Below are positions 49,394-61,847 of a stretch of DNA of 64,000 bases, piece by piece (position 1 is the first letter of the stretch; the number at the start of each line of letters is the position of its first letter). Made by a program: the position numbers and the translations under genes. The notes below the pieces were generated by a model. That model was not told the origin of the DNA, ran no database searches, and worked only from the letters and a program-made list of their open reading frames with translations. Source of the DNA: Antedon mediterranea (taxonomy: Eukaryota; Animalia; Echinodermata); assembly GCF_964355755.1 (NCBI RefSeq), contig NC_092676.1, forward strand, positions 11,261,888-11,325,887, written 5' to 3'.

Positions 49394-50303
49394 TGTAACT
49401 GCCCTAAAAATAATGCGAGTGATATTCGTTATTCAAGTCCAACACCCAAGGTGCTCCTTTATTCCTGTTTCTTGAATGTGAACCAGATTACTAAAACAAA
49501 ACATAACAATGACCTATAAATGCATGTCTAGCAATATATGTGGCTCCTTAAGCGTCAAACTGAAAAGTTTTGTATTTAAGTTAAAACAAACAATATAAAA
49601 GACGATCCCACTAATTAAAAATGCAAAACCGTGTCGTCATAGCAACGGATAACAAAATCCTTGCGGTTAACTCCTCCTACAACGACGCGACACCTACATG
49701 CCATTGACATTTGTACAGCAATATGTAAATCAATTAATATGATCACATGAACTATAAAGTTTTGCGAAGATTATCATAACTATAGTATCCAGGCGCTTAA
49801 TGCAATGCAGTAACTTTAACAATGAATTATTAATACTAATACTTAGTAAATTATTAAATTAAGGTACAACAGGTCGAAGCCATATCTCATCAATATATAT
49901 AGGCCTAGGCCTAGCTAGGTACATAAACGAAATTAACGGCGTCTCAATAGAACTTGGCCTAATAACATTAAATCTGTATGAGTTATTGATCAATAAATGT
50001 AGCGGAATGCAGCTTACCGAAAATAGCAAAGTCACCCGCTATCTGCAGTACATAAACAATTCAGGTAAATATCAAAAACAAACAATATATGTCAATATCG
50101 TATAATTAAAGTCACTAGCTGTGATCATACATCCTCTCCTCTCTAATGCAAGATACCTCTCCTCACATGGTCCTAAAATGACGTCATTTTCTTAATAATG
50201 CGCCCTCTCTAATGCAAGATACCTCTCCTCACATGGTCCTAAAATGACGTCATTTTCTTAATAATGCGCCCTCTCTAAATATAAACTAGTTTGGGACCAA
50301 ACA
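49394..50303 (-). repeat. 3' LTR of BEL element 2, with a private 66-bp tandem duplication
   Basis: Direct repeat of 53882-54423 plus 59918-60233. Confidence 0.95.
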
Positions 50304-50401
50304 TCCCGGCCCCTCTAATGCTATACTGAATTAGGGCATTAGCAAAAATAGTTAACAATTTAACAATAAATAAATTAATGTAACAACAATTTAACAATCT
50401 A

Positions 50402-53400
50402 TTAAACAGCATCTGAACTACTGACTCTCTGCCTCCAGAATCACAACCAACTTCGTGATGGGCCGTACCAGTTCAGCGCTTGCAGTTCTTAGCTTAACAG
50501 ATCTCACCAGTCCTCTTGCATCCTTATAAACTTCCAACACTCTTGCCATTGGCCCTGTCCTCTTGGGGAATTCTCCGCAATTATAACAATGTTATATCAC
50601 ATTTCTACGCGCTTTAAACCATTTCTGACGCTCCATCAATATCGCCAAATACTCCTTCCTCCATCTTGCCCAGAATACATTAACCAGGTATTGCGCCTGT
50701 CTCCATCTCTTACGATATACATCTGCCTCACTGAATATACCTGGAGCAGGTATATAATCTGCTTGTGCCAGTAACAGGTGATTCGGCGTAAGTGGGCGAT
50801 CTTCCTTAGGATCATCAGACAGCATTGTCAATGGCCGTCCGTTAACAATCGCCTCCACCTCACAAAACGATGTCCTCAGACCTTCATCATTTAGTTTTAT
50901 TGTCTGCTCCCTTAACAATCCATATAACACCTTTCTTATTGATCTGATCATTCTTTCCCAGACTCCCCCTTGGTGGGAGGCAGCTGGAGGATTAAATCTC
51001 CAATCTATTCCGTCTCGTCTTAATACTGTGTGAATCTGTGTGTTGTTCCATTCTTTCATTCCCTTTCTTAGCTCCTTGTCGGCTCCTACTAAATTGGTTC
51101 CGTTGTCCGACAGCATGTATCTTACAGCACCTCGTCTGGCAATAAATCGCCTTACAGCATTTATGCAGGAGTCCGTATCTAGCGAATGAGCCATTTCTAG
51201 ATGAATCGCTCGTGTATTGAAGCATGTGAACACAACTCCGTACCGTTTTAAGACTGTCCTTCCTCTTTTGATTTCTATTGGACCAAAGTAGTCAACTCCA
51301 GATCTGGTAAACGGCTTCTCTCCGCTCATTAATCTTTGCTTTGGTAATTCAGACATTTTCTGGGTCTCCAAACGTCCATTATACCTACGACAAGTAACAC
51401 ACCTTGAGAGAATACTCTTTGTCAACTTAAGTGCTCTTGTCACCCAATACTTCTCTCTGAATCTTGCTAGTACGGCATTCCTTCCTGCATGACCCATGCG
51501 TTGGTGAATATCATTGATTATTATACCAGCAACTATGGATGTTTTTGGAAGCAATATTGGGTGTTTAGCTTCTAATGGTATAGATGCTCCTGCTATTCTT
51601 CCACCGACTCTGATGATTCCCTTTTCATCCTTAAAGGGGTCCAACTTAGATGTGTCATTGCCCATAGGTAGTTTTGAAGTTTCCGACTGCAGATATCTTA
51701 TTATTACATCAAGCTCTGAGCTTGTTATTGGCTCAATCCTTCTTACTCTTCCCTTTGGTGGTGTACGGGTTTTGCAACGTTGCATTAAATTACCCTTGAC
51801 TCGAAGCATCCAAGCGACAAACACCTTTAACCGGCTCAAACTAGAAAATCTTTCAAACAATGATTCAATATAATCACATGAATTAACTGTTGCTGCTGCT
51901 GCATATTTTACATCTGGGTCACTTATTGACAGCAAAGCCATTCCTAGGTTTCCCTTTGGCCACTTGTCTTCTTTGTTTCTTAAGAACACCGGCCCCTTTA
52001 GCCACATTTCAACCTCCACCTTCTTGCTTAAGTGCATACCTCGTGAAGCTATGTCTGCAGGATTATTTGCAGTATCCACGTGTCTCCACTGCTCGCACTC
52101 ACTTCCTTCGTGAATGATTGATAACCTATTTGCTACAAAGGTGCTAAATCTTGTTTTGTTGTTTCTTATGTAGTTTATAACTAGCATGCTATCGGTCCAG
52201 AATATTACTCTTTTGAATGTGGTGTCAACTTCTTCTCGAACTAGACTTGCACATTTAACTGCTAGAGTTGCAGCGGTTAATTCTAGTCTGGGAATCGTCA
52301 TCTTCTTAAGAGGTGCCACTCTTGATCGTCCATAAAGTATGTTACTGTCGATCGTTTCTCCTACCTGCGACCGCACATATATAGCAACTCCATAACCATT
52401 TTCGCTTGCGTCCGCAAACACATGAAGTTCTTGGTCGGTTCTAAGTTAACATGTAACAAACCTGGGCACACGCAATTCCTCAACTAGAGGTAAGCTCTCT
52501 AGCCAGCGTTTCCACCTACGTAATTCATTTCCCTCAACTGGATTATCCCAATTCTTGCCTTTCTTGATTAGTTCTTGAAGAAGAATCTTAGGTGTTAACA
52601 TCACGGGCGATGCCAGTCCCATAGGATCAAACACCGAGCTTATTGTACATAATATGCCCCTTCGGGTACATGGCTGCTCTGTGATACTCGAAAGCTGATA
52701 ACATAGACAGTCACTCCTTGGGTCCCATTGCACTCCAAGTGCCCTTTCGCTTGGGATTCCTTCTTCCTTAAATGCTAGGGCTTGTAGTTCCTTTGATCTG
52801 TTCTCTACTGGAACAGAGTTGATGACATCTCGTCTGTTACTGGTCCATTTAGCTAGATTAAACCCGCCTTTTGCACAGAGTTCCTTAAGGTTTTTTACCA
52901 TATTTATACCATCAGATGTTGATCCAACTGACTTCAAGCAGTCATCAACATAGAAGTTGCGTAGTAACGTCTGCGAGACTTCATCTTCTGTAGGCCTACT
53001 TGGTCTATTGTCTAAAGCTGTTTGTCTTAAAGCCATATTGGCGCAAGCAGGAGAAGACGCTGCTCCAAACAAATGTGCTGTCATTCTATACTTGTTTCCA
53101 AACCTTTTGCCAATCGCCTTTCTTGCCTCCTCGTAACCTCTGTCACCTTCTGTGTGCATGTAACTCCTTACTAATTTATTCACATCTCCAATGGTAAACT
53201 GTTCCAAGTAATACAGTCTTTCACTATTGCTCTCTGTCTTGCTATCAACTTCGTGCTCGAATGCCTTTATGAATGCGTTGTACTCTGTTGCCTCACCATT
53301 GTATGGTTTAATTCTCCGTCGTGACAGCTGGGCCTTCTGCTGACTTGTAACAATTGCCTTTGCCATCTCTATTTTTTGACGGATCAGCATGTTCGTCGCA

Positions 53401-53841
53401 TCATCGGTTGGGGCACAAGGCTTAACTGATTTTATTTCATTGGTTTGCCCATCTTCATTGTATTGATTTTCAAGTACGTTATCGTGTAATTCTAAATCTT
53501 CTTCGATCCTATCGTTTACAATGAATCGTCTCATCCGGTCTTGGGCTGATTCAACTGGTAAATTGACACTTAATTCTTCGTCTCGTTCCTCTATTTTATC
53601 TATTTCTTTATCCAGAGCACTTGCTCTTGCTAGGGATAGCTGCTTCTTCTCTGATATTAAGCAGTTCTAACTCTGCCTCTGCCTCGAGTTTAGCCTTGGC
53701 AGCAAGAGCTTTCTTAATCCTAAACTCCTCCTTCGCCTTGGCCACAGCAGCATCGGCCCTTGCCTTTGCTGCATTCAATCTGAGTGAAGTAGTTGACCCT
53801 CTACTTGATTTAGATGTGAGTCTTGAAGATGTTGTTGACAT
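50402..53841 (-). pseudogene. BEL/Pao gag-pol: partial gag, partial RT, RNase H, integrase
   Basis: HLFGAASSPACAN, FYVDD, FADAS, KKMTIPRLEL, GVDYFGP, SDNGTN, GGVWERM. Frameshifts near 53600, 52440 and 50590; protease missing. Confidence 0.95.
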
Positions 53842-54783
53842 AGTAATAGAAATCTCCTACCTTATGTTATTTTCGTAATAATGTAACTGCCCTAAAAATA
53901 ATGCGTGATATTGATAGTGATTTTCGTTATTCAAGTCCAACACCCAAGGTGCTCCTTTATTCCTGTTTCTTGAATGTGAACCAGATTACTAAAACAAAAC
54001 ATAACAATGACCTATAAATGCATGTCTAGCAATATATGTGGCTCCTTAAGCGTCAAACTGAAAAGTTTTGTATTTAAGTTAAAACAAACAATATAAAAGA
54101 CGATCCCTTAAACTAATTAAAAATGCAAAACCCTGTCGTCATAGCAACGGATAACAAAATTCTTGCGGTTAACTCCTCCTACAACGACGCGACACCTACA
54201 TGCCATTGACATTGTACAGCAATATGTAAATCAATTAAAATGATCACATGAACTATAAAGTTTTGCGAAGATTATCATAACTATAGTATCCAGGTGCTTA
54301 ATGCAATGCAGCAACTTTAACAATGAATTATTAATACTAATACTTAGTAAATTATTAAATTAAGGTACAACAGGTCAAAGCCATATCTCATCAATATATA
54401 TAGGCCTAAGGCCTAGCTAGGTACCCAGGTAAAAATTCCAGTTGAGAACAGTTGGAAATTTCAACTGGTCCAACTGGTCTTCAACTGGTCTAACTGGTTT
54501 CCAACTGGTTCAACTGGTTTTAACAACTGGTCAACTGGTTTTTCAACTGGTCTAACTGGTTTTTCCAACTGGTAAACTGGTTTTTCCAACTGGTCAACTG
54601 GTTTTTCAACTGGTCAACTGGTTTTTCAACTGGTCAACTGGTTTTTCAAACTGGTCAACTGGTTTTTCAAACTGGTCAACTGATTTTTCAAACTGGTCAA
54701 CTGGTTTTTCAACAGGTCAACTGGTTTTTCCAACTGGCCAACTGGTATTCCAAAGCTCAACTGAGTTCAACTAGTCAAGTGGT

Positions 54784-56542
54784 CAGGCCCGTACCCAGGG
54801 GGGGTGCGTTGGGTGCAGACGCACCCCCCCAAGTCCCAAAAGGTCCACTATTTCCTCGGTTGGTATTTTTTCTTGTCTTGTTTAACTAAAGACAATATCA
54901 TTATATATATACAAAATTTACATTATCAATGGTATACAAACAAAAATATGCTAATATAAAATGAAAAAATACCGGTAATTAAATTACGGAATCTGAACTG
55001 ACTACAAACTCGATGTAAAACATGCGCAGTCGATCATGTGACGACAAGCAATAGCTTAGCGCTTCATGTACGCGGTACGCGGTAAAGTGTTTGCTGGAGA
55101 AATACAGACAACTTAACGTCAGGGAACACGTGTACTTTTTGTCGGGGAATATAATATACAGTAAAAAGCGTTCGCGTTCACTTCGTAGCTAGCTTCAGCG
55201 CCTAGAAAACCGCGACGTTTCATTGACCGTGAGAGTACGTCAGAGTGATATTATGCACTTTATATGCATTCATTATTGCCAGCGATCTAACTTACTACTA
55301 AACAATAGCTAGGTACGCACTTGTCTGGCGGTATCCCTTTGTACGAATCGTTCAACGTTGGGTCGAGACGCGTGATATCAAGTTTCATCCAGGGACCAAA
55401 ATGTGTAATGTGTTATTTTCCAGGCGAAGTTTACCGACGGTTACGTCGTGTACTGCGTCGACGTACGCTACACTACAGCAAAAACGAATTATGTTAATTG
55501 TTCGTTTGTTCACCAATTTTTTAATTTACAAGTAACCTTCTGTACCGTGGGGCACCTAAAATAAATTTTTCATCCATTACTAAACAAAAAAACATGCCAT
55601 TTTCGCTTAGCCAACATTATAGCTATAGTTATTACATTTTCAATATCCTGTATGTCATGAATTTCTCACCACTCGGAAGTCCAGATGGTACGCATGCATA
55701 CACCTGGGAGGAATAAACTTTTTTCCCCGACTGAAAAAGGTCTACGCTTGCGTTTTTTAAGCCTCTAGGCCTGATGTTTCCAAAGTATAAAATGCAATTT
55801 TTTGAAGACCTGCAGCTCTAGTTTTAAACATTTTCTTAGCTCAGCCCCAACAATAAAGCTGGTCATATTTCGAAGAACAAGAAGTACATTTTCCGGGACC
55901 TAACATCTCTATTTTTCAAACATTTCTTAGCTCAGTCACAACCCATGATAGGGACTTATATATTTTTTTTCATGTTTTGAAGTATAAATAAGTCCAAATT
56001 CCAGGACCTCCAACTCTATTTTTCAAAATTTTCTTTGAACTTTTATTTTTTAACTTGAAAAATATGGATTGAAACCGTCATCGCGCATCGTTTTTTTGCA
56101 CGCAGTATTTTATTTATGCATTATAAAAAATGGAAAAAATGGCTACCCTAAATCTGATTAAAAAGACCTCAAATGACGCTAGAACGCGTTGCTTCCGGGG
56201 GCGGGGGTCCTTGGCGGCCCCTGGCCCTCAGCCTAGTGATGCTCGCTTCGCTCGCATAGCCCCCTTGTCGGGGAATGTAGCCCCCGCGTCGGGAAGATCC
56301 TGGCGCCACCCCTGCTGAGTTGGCCTCATCATGAAAGCGTTAAGTTCTGGTGTCCATCGTTCAACTAGCCCAAGCCACAACAGAGAGTCTTACATCAGTC
56401 TTTAGAACGTCAAATAACGCAAATTTTTCCAGGGCCTTCGGCCCCTGGACCCTGACCGGGGCCCTTGGCGGCCCCCTGGCCCCCAGCCATTGTTGCTCGC
56501 TTCGCTCCCACCCCCCCATTATAAATGCTGCATACGGGCCTG
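54784..56542. mobile_element. hAT-like non-autonomous element with a 5-bp TSD, containing a family C copy
   Basis: GTGGT|CAGGCCCGTA ... TACGGGCCTG|GTGGT. Confidence 0.8.
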
Positions 56543-57584
56543 GTGGTCCAATTGGTTTTTCAACCGGGCAACTGGTTGTTTCAATTGGTTTTGCAACTAG
56601 TTTTTTTCCTAACAACCAAAGGAATTCGGAGAAGAGCGAAAGCGGATGGCTGGGTGTACGTCGTGGGAGTACGGGAGAGGACCCAGGGGAGAGGTGGGGG
56701 GGGGGGTGTTCTGGATTGAGGTGACGGGAATAGAAGCATGGTCCGTAAATTACCATTCAAAATATAATTAATATTATTATTTGTAATCCTATATTATTGC
56801 AACAAACAATTATTTAAATTAAATCAAATAAAATCGAGTAAAGAATAAGAAATACTCCACAACTTTTTGAAAATAATGGAGCATGCGTCGTATAGGCCGG
56901 CAGACTGTAAACAACCAATCAGAAAACTGCAAGCCAACGGCCGGCCAAAAACGGCTCCCTTTGTTTTTGTGTCAGTGTAGCTCGGCGGCAAAATCGGCGA
57001 TCACGCAGCACAGAGATGCCAGGTCTAGAATAGGTATTATTGGCTAATCGCATCAAATTAAGGATGAGGCACAAATCTTGCTGTTTTATAAAAGGTAGGC
57101 CTGACATATATGTCTATTATTATCTCTTATTACTATAGGTATTGGCCTACTAACTATGATCAAAGATCGACAACAAAATGGAGGCCTCGCCGCTCGCTGC
57201 TGGCTAGCCTAGCCTAGGCATATGCCACCTAGTAAGCTAGGCGCTTCAGCCTTGGCTTGCCCTACACCCTGCTAGCTGATTGATTACATGGCTGTGTACG
57301 ACCGCAAATTGTGTTATTGGCCTCTACATAGTACTAGCCTATAGTAGGCTAGAAACAAAGCCCAACAATACTATATTATTAACCTATTATTAGCCTACAT
57401 GTCATTACCACACAAACGAGATTTATTTCCATTCATTCATGATCACTTTTGTTATTTTGGCCTACTAGGCTAGGCCTCTAGTAGTTGTAGGCCCAAACTA
57501 GCTACAGTAGTACTACTGTCTCCCTGTTCTGCATGTTGTATTATCACTACTCTAGCTAGTGTCGTGATGACATGCATGGATGGC

Positions 57585-58664
57585 GGGTGTCACGAAACCT
57601 AAGACCACGAAAGCTCAGACCCCCTAAGACCTAAGATCACGAAAGCTAAGACCCAACACCTAAGATTACAAATATTTATCTTTCGCACCTGCCTTGTATT
57701 TTAACTCCCAACATTTATTCTGAATACCACACCTTAGAATTGGCACTTTCATGAAAAAGAATCACATAAAAAGTAACAAATACATTTTTAAATTGATGAT
57801 TTTACAGACGTTTTTCTCGCACACAAAATGACTAGCCTACAGTACAGTAGGCCTACCCCATGGGCCATGTTCAATGTTTTTGTTTCTATGGAACATCAAA
57901 AGAGCAAAAATTATATAGAGGGCTGAAAACTCTGTGGAGTCCATCTACAGTGTGGATGGAACAATGTAAAATTAAAATGGTAATGATAATAGTATAATCA
58001 TGCAAGTACGAAGAAATAAATACTGGCAAATAAATTTTAATTTAAAAATCATGATAAGTTTTTTTGTTTCGTTTTCTTTCTGTTTTTATACTTGTACTAT
58101 TATTGTTGCTCTTTTGGCGCTCCATAGAAACAAAAACATTGAGCATGGGGAGCTCGAGGAGTTACATTACAGTATACAAAGAAACACATCTGTAAAATCA
58201 TCAATTTAAAGGATTTATTTATTTGTTATTATGTGTTTCTCCTTCTGAAAGTACTTATAAGTCCTAATTTTAAAGTGCGGTGTTCAGGATAAAGTTAGTC
58301 AACAAATTTGGAGTCAAAATACAAGAAAGGCAGGTGCGTAAGAAAAACATCCCCTGAACCAACACAATGGAGTAAATATATACCAACAAACAACCCGTCA
58401 AGTTTGTTTGTTGTAAAGAAAAAATATACATTTACTCAACGGGCGAAAATAATGTGAGTTTATCTATGTTTTGCGGTAGTATTAAATTATATTTATGGTA
58501 ATAAATGAAACCTACTGTGTTTAAAATTATGTATGGATAAACAAGAATTGTTTTTAAGCTGTAGTATATCTTAGTATTTGTAATCTTAGGTGTTGGGTCT
58601 TAGCTTTCGTGATCTTAGGTCTTATGGGGTCTGAGCTTTCGTGGTCTTAGGTTTCGTGACACCC
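57585..58664 (+). mobile_element. Family A, copy 3
   Basis: Same TIRs; 10-bp TSD CATGGATGGC. Confidence 0.92.
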
Positions 58665-60239
58665 CATGGATGGCTGCTATTTTAACATATCCTAAGCCTA
58701 GGCTAGCCTACTATTACTAGGCTAGGCCTACTAATCTAATAATAAAGCAAACTAATCCATGCTGTTTTAGTCTGTCTCCGTTTCCTTAAACTAAATATCC
58801 TACATTTTTTAATTTTCCTTCAATTTTTTTCATACACAATTGCAGGTGATTTCCAGTTTACTTGAATACAACCAACATTACAAGGCTATAAACCAAACAA
58901 GTACAGCAGTACAATTTGAAGGGTAAATATATTTATGTATACTTTCTTTCTTGGAATGATCCAAGAAAATAGTTATTTATATGGCCTTTGGCCCAAATAA
59001 TATACAATGTAACAATTCAATCAATAACATTAGAGTGCGTTTAAGAATTCTGTTCTACATTAAAATGAAAAAAATATATATATTTTCCAAGCTTAGTAAT
59101 GAGATATTCGTAGTAGACATAAGATAAATATATTTTAATTTAGAGGGGTTATTTGTATAAAATGAAAATATATTTAGTTCTAATATCTGAATAAAAGGGA
59201 CAAACAAACTAATGTGAAATGATACTCATCTTCAATTGCTTGTAGAGAACATAATTTGCATAATCATTCTTTCATTTCTATTAATATATGATTCCATCTT
59301 CATTTTTTAGTAACAGTATATACATTGAGATTTGAATTTGATTTATTCTTTGTACTACCAGTATATTGTTTATTTAATCAATTTGTTTTGGTTTTTCTCT
59401 TTCAGGACTAATTTTGTCAACATGACTAAATAAAGAAGGTGGCCATAACTTCATAAATATATTACTGAATAAATGCTAGATCTCCATTTTCATGGACCTG
59501 TAAAAAGGAAACGGCAGGGACATGCTGACATTTGTGTAGATGTAAGGGGTTATGCACGTTGTTAAGACCTTTGTGGGGTAATTAACTACAGTACTGCAGA
59601 ATTGAAAGTAACTACTGTAATTGTAAATATTAAAGTTAATAAAATAAACAGTTAAACAATAAGTTCTGTAGTTTGTGTAATTTGTTTTTGTACTGAAATT
59701 TACCAGTTGGGAAAATTCTCAACTGGGAAAATTTACAACTGGGATTGATCAGACCAGTTGGAAAATTCACAACTGGGATTGATCAGACCAGTTGAGAAAT
59801 TTACAACTGGTAAAATTTACAACTGGGATTATCAGACCAGTTGGAAAATTCACAACTGGGAAATTTCCCAGTTGGGAATTTCCCAACTGGTATTCAACTG
59901 GAATTTTTACCTGGGTACATAACCGAAATTAACGGCGTCTCAATAGAACTTGGCCTAATAACATTAAATCTGTATGAGTTATTGATCAATAAATGTAGCG
60001 GAATGCAGCTTACCGAAAATAGCAAAGTCACCCGCTATCTGCAGTACATAAACAATTCAGGTAAATATAAAAAACAAACAATATATGTCAATATCCTATA
60101 ATTAAAGTCACTAGCTGTGATCATACATCCTCTCCTCTCTAATGCAAGATACCTCTCCTCACATGGTCCTAAAATGACGTCATTTTCTTAATAATGCGCC
60201 CTCTCTAAATATAAACTAGTTTGGGACCAAACAGTGTTA

Positions 60240-60919
60240 ATGGTATAGCAGATGTGGCAGATGTAGCAATGAGAGCAAATCGGAAGTTGGGCATGGTATA
60301 TCGAGCTTTCAAGTTTTTAAATATGGATGGGTTTCTTCGTTTATATAAAGCTATTATTCGTCCGACCTTGGAATACTGCAACGTTGTTTTTAACTCGCTA
60401 CATTGTAAGGAGGAAGACCTATTGGAAAAAGTCCAAGAACGTGCCACCAAGCTTATTTTTTCTATTCGTCATTTACCTTATTCAGAAAGGCTGAAAATTC
60501 TCAACCTACCTACTCTCGCATACAGAAGGCAAGAGCTCATTTGATACAGATTTTTAAAATTTTACATGAAGTGGATAGTATTTCTGCTGATTCTTTTTTT
60601 GTGCGTGATGAAGATGTTAGAACACGTGGTCATTCTTTTAAATTGAAATTTAAGTTCTCGCGCACAAATTGGATGAGGGACTCATTTGGTCGAAAAGCTA
60701 TTATATTATGGAATTCGTTATCGGAGGATGTAGTAGCTTCAAGATCAACCAATCAATTTAAGTCCGGTCTTGAACAGGCATGGTCCAACCACCCTCTTAA
60801 ATTTGCGCCATATTCAAGAGTTGATGTAATTATCGAGAGGGGCTTATAGGCATAGCCTAGCCTCGACTCCGGACCCAGCATTGCTGAGCTCCGGAAACAA
60901 GTAAACAAGTAAACAAGTA
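60240..60919 (+). mobile_element. 5'-truncated CR1 LINE (RT C-terminus and 3' tail)
   Basis: RANRKLG..LYKAIIRPTLEYC..LEKVQERATK..LPTLAYRR..TRGHSFKL, ending in a (GTAAACAA)n 8-mer tail. Confidence 0.92.
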
Positions 60920-61066
60920 ATACATTTGTACGTATTTATTTTCTTCATCTTTAAAGCATTTTATAGTATGTATTTAATTTTTACATTTATCTGTTACCTA
61001 AAATATTTATACTTTTATAACCTTTTACATATTTTTTATTGATCTTACTTTATTCTCACACAGTAC

Positions 61067-61110
61067 CTTTGATAAATACTGTGGTATTTGTATAACCAGA
61101 AAATCACCAT
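61067..61110 (-). CDS. Speculative first coding exon of the TRMT2B-like gene
   Basis: ATG-MVIFWLYKYHSIYQ followed by AG|GTAC donor in phase 2, the phase exon A needs. No homology support. Confidence 0.2.
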
Positions 61111-61213
61111 GTAATTAATCTTGGAATTCTAAATGTGTTTTCTAAAAAGTTTTTTTTTAATGTTATCAAAAAATAAAAAAATGATAATTCTAAATCTGGC
61201 AAAATTTATTTAA

Positions 61214-61847
61214 AGACCCCTTCCCTGCAATTTTGGACGTTTTTTGGAAAATAATACATATATATCACTTTAAAAACATTAAACCATGTCATTCCTTGTC
61301 TTAAATGTACGTTTTATGGTAAATTATGATAAAAAGTGAGAAACAATGCACTACCTAAGTAGCTCGCGGCGATCGACCTCTCGTGGACGGTCTCAGGCCT
61401 AGCCTAGCTAGGCTTAGTTTTGTAGGCCTAGCTGGTAAACATCGGTAACGTACGAACATCGTACGCTAGCTATATACCTAGCCTGACGTTGTATAGTTGC
61501 TGCATTAATTGTCTTTCTATTTTTGCCAGACTCCGTTGATACAAATTGGGGAAAACCCGGTATTTTCGCTGAAAAGTTAGGAGTCTTCCATTTGTTTTGG
61601 CTTCACGATCGATCGAAAAGTGGGCGAATTACAGGTGAAAAACAACAATATCAATCCGCGCGCAATGCATTTTGGGATTTATAGCGGCCGCTATAATTAT
61701 TAAAATCGATTTATTTTTCACATTTTTCACATTTTTAACCGTTTAAAGACGAAAAAAGTTATCGCAATAGGACCATATAGTATTATTTTTACATTAAATA
61801 TAGTTTGTGATCTTAAATTAGATCTAAAAAACGTAGGGAATGGGGCT
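61214..61847. mobile_element. Kolobok-like MITE
   Basis: TTAA|AGACCCCTTCCCT ... AGGGAATGGGGCT|TTAA. Confidence 0.65.

Larger units (their letters stand above)
54424..59915. mobile_element. Non-autonomous CMC/EnSpm-like element inserted in the BEL 5' LTR
   Basis: 22-bp perfect TIR CCCAGGTAAAAATTCCAGTTGA. TA TSD confirmed by the empty site GGTACAT in the other LTR (~49918). CAACTGG subterminal arrays at both ends. Confidence 0.92.
49394..60233 (-). mobile_element. BEL/Pao element 2 with both LTRs; internally deleted
   Basis: LTRs at 49394-50303 and 53882-60233 (interrupted), TGT..ACA ends, 5-bp TSD GTGTT, purine tract GAGGGGCCGGGA at 50304-50315. Confidence 0.97.
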
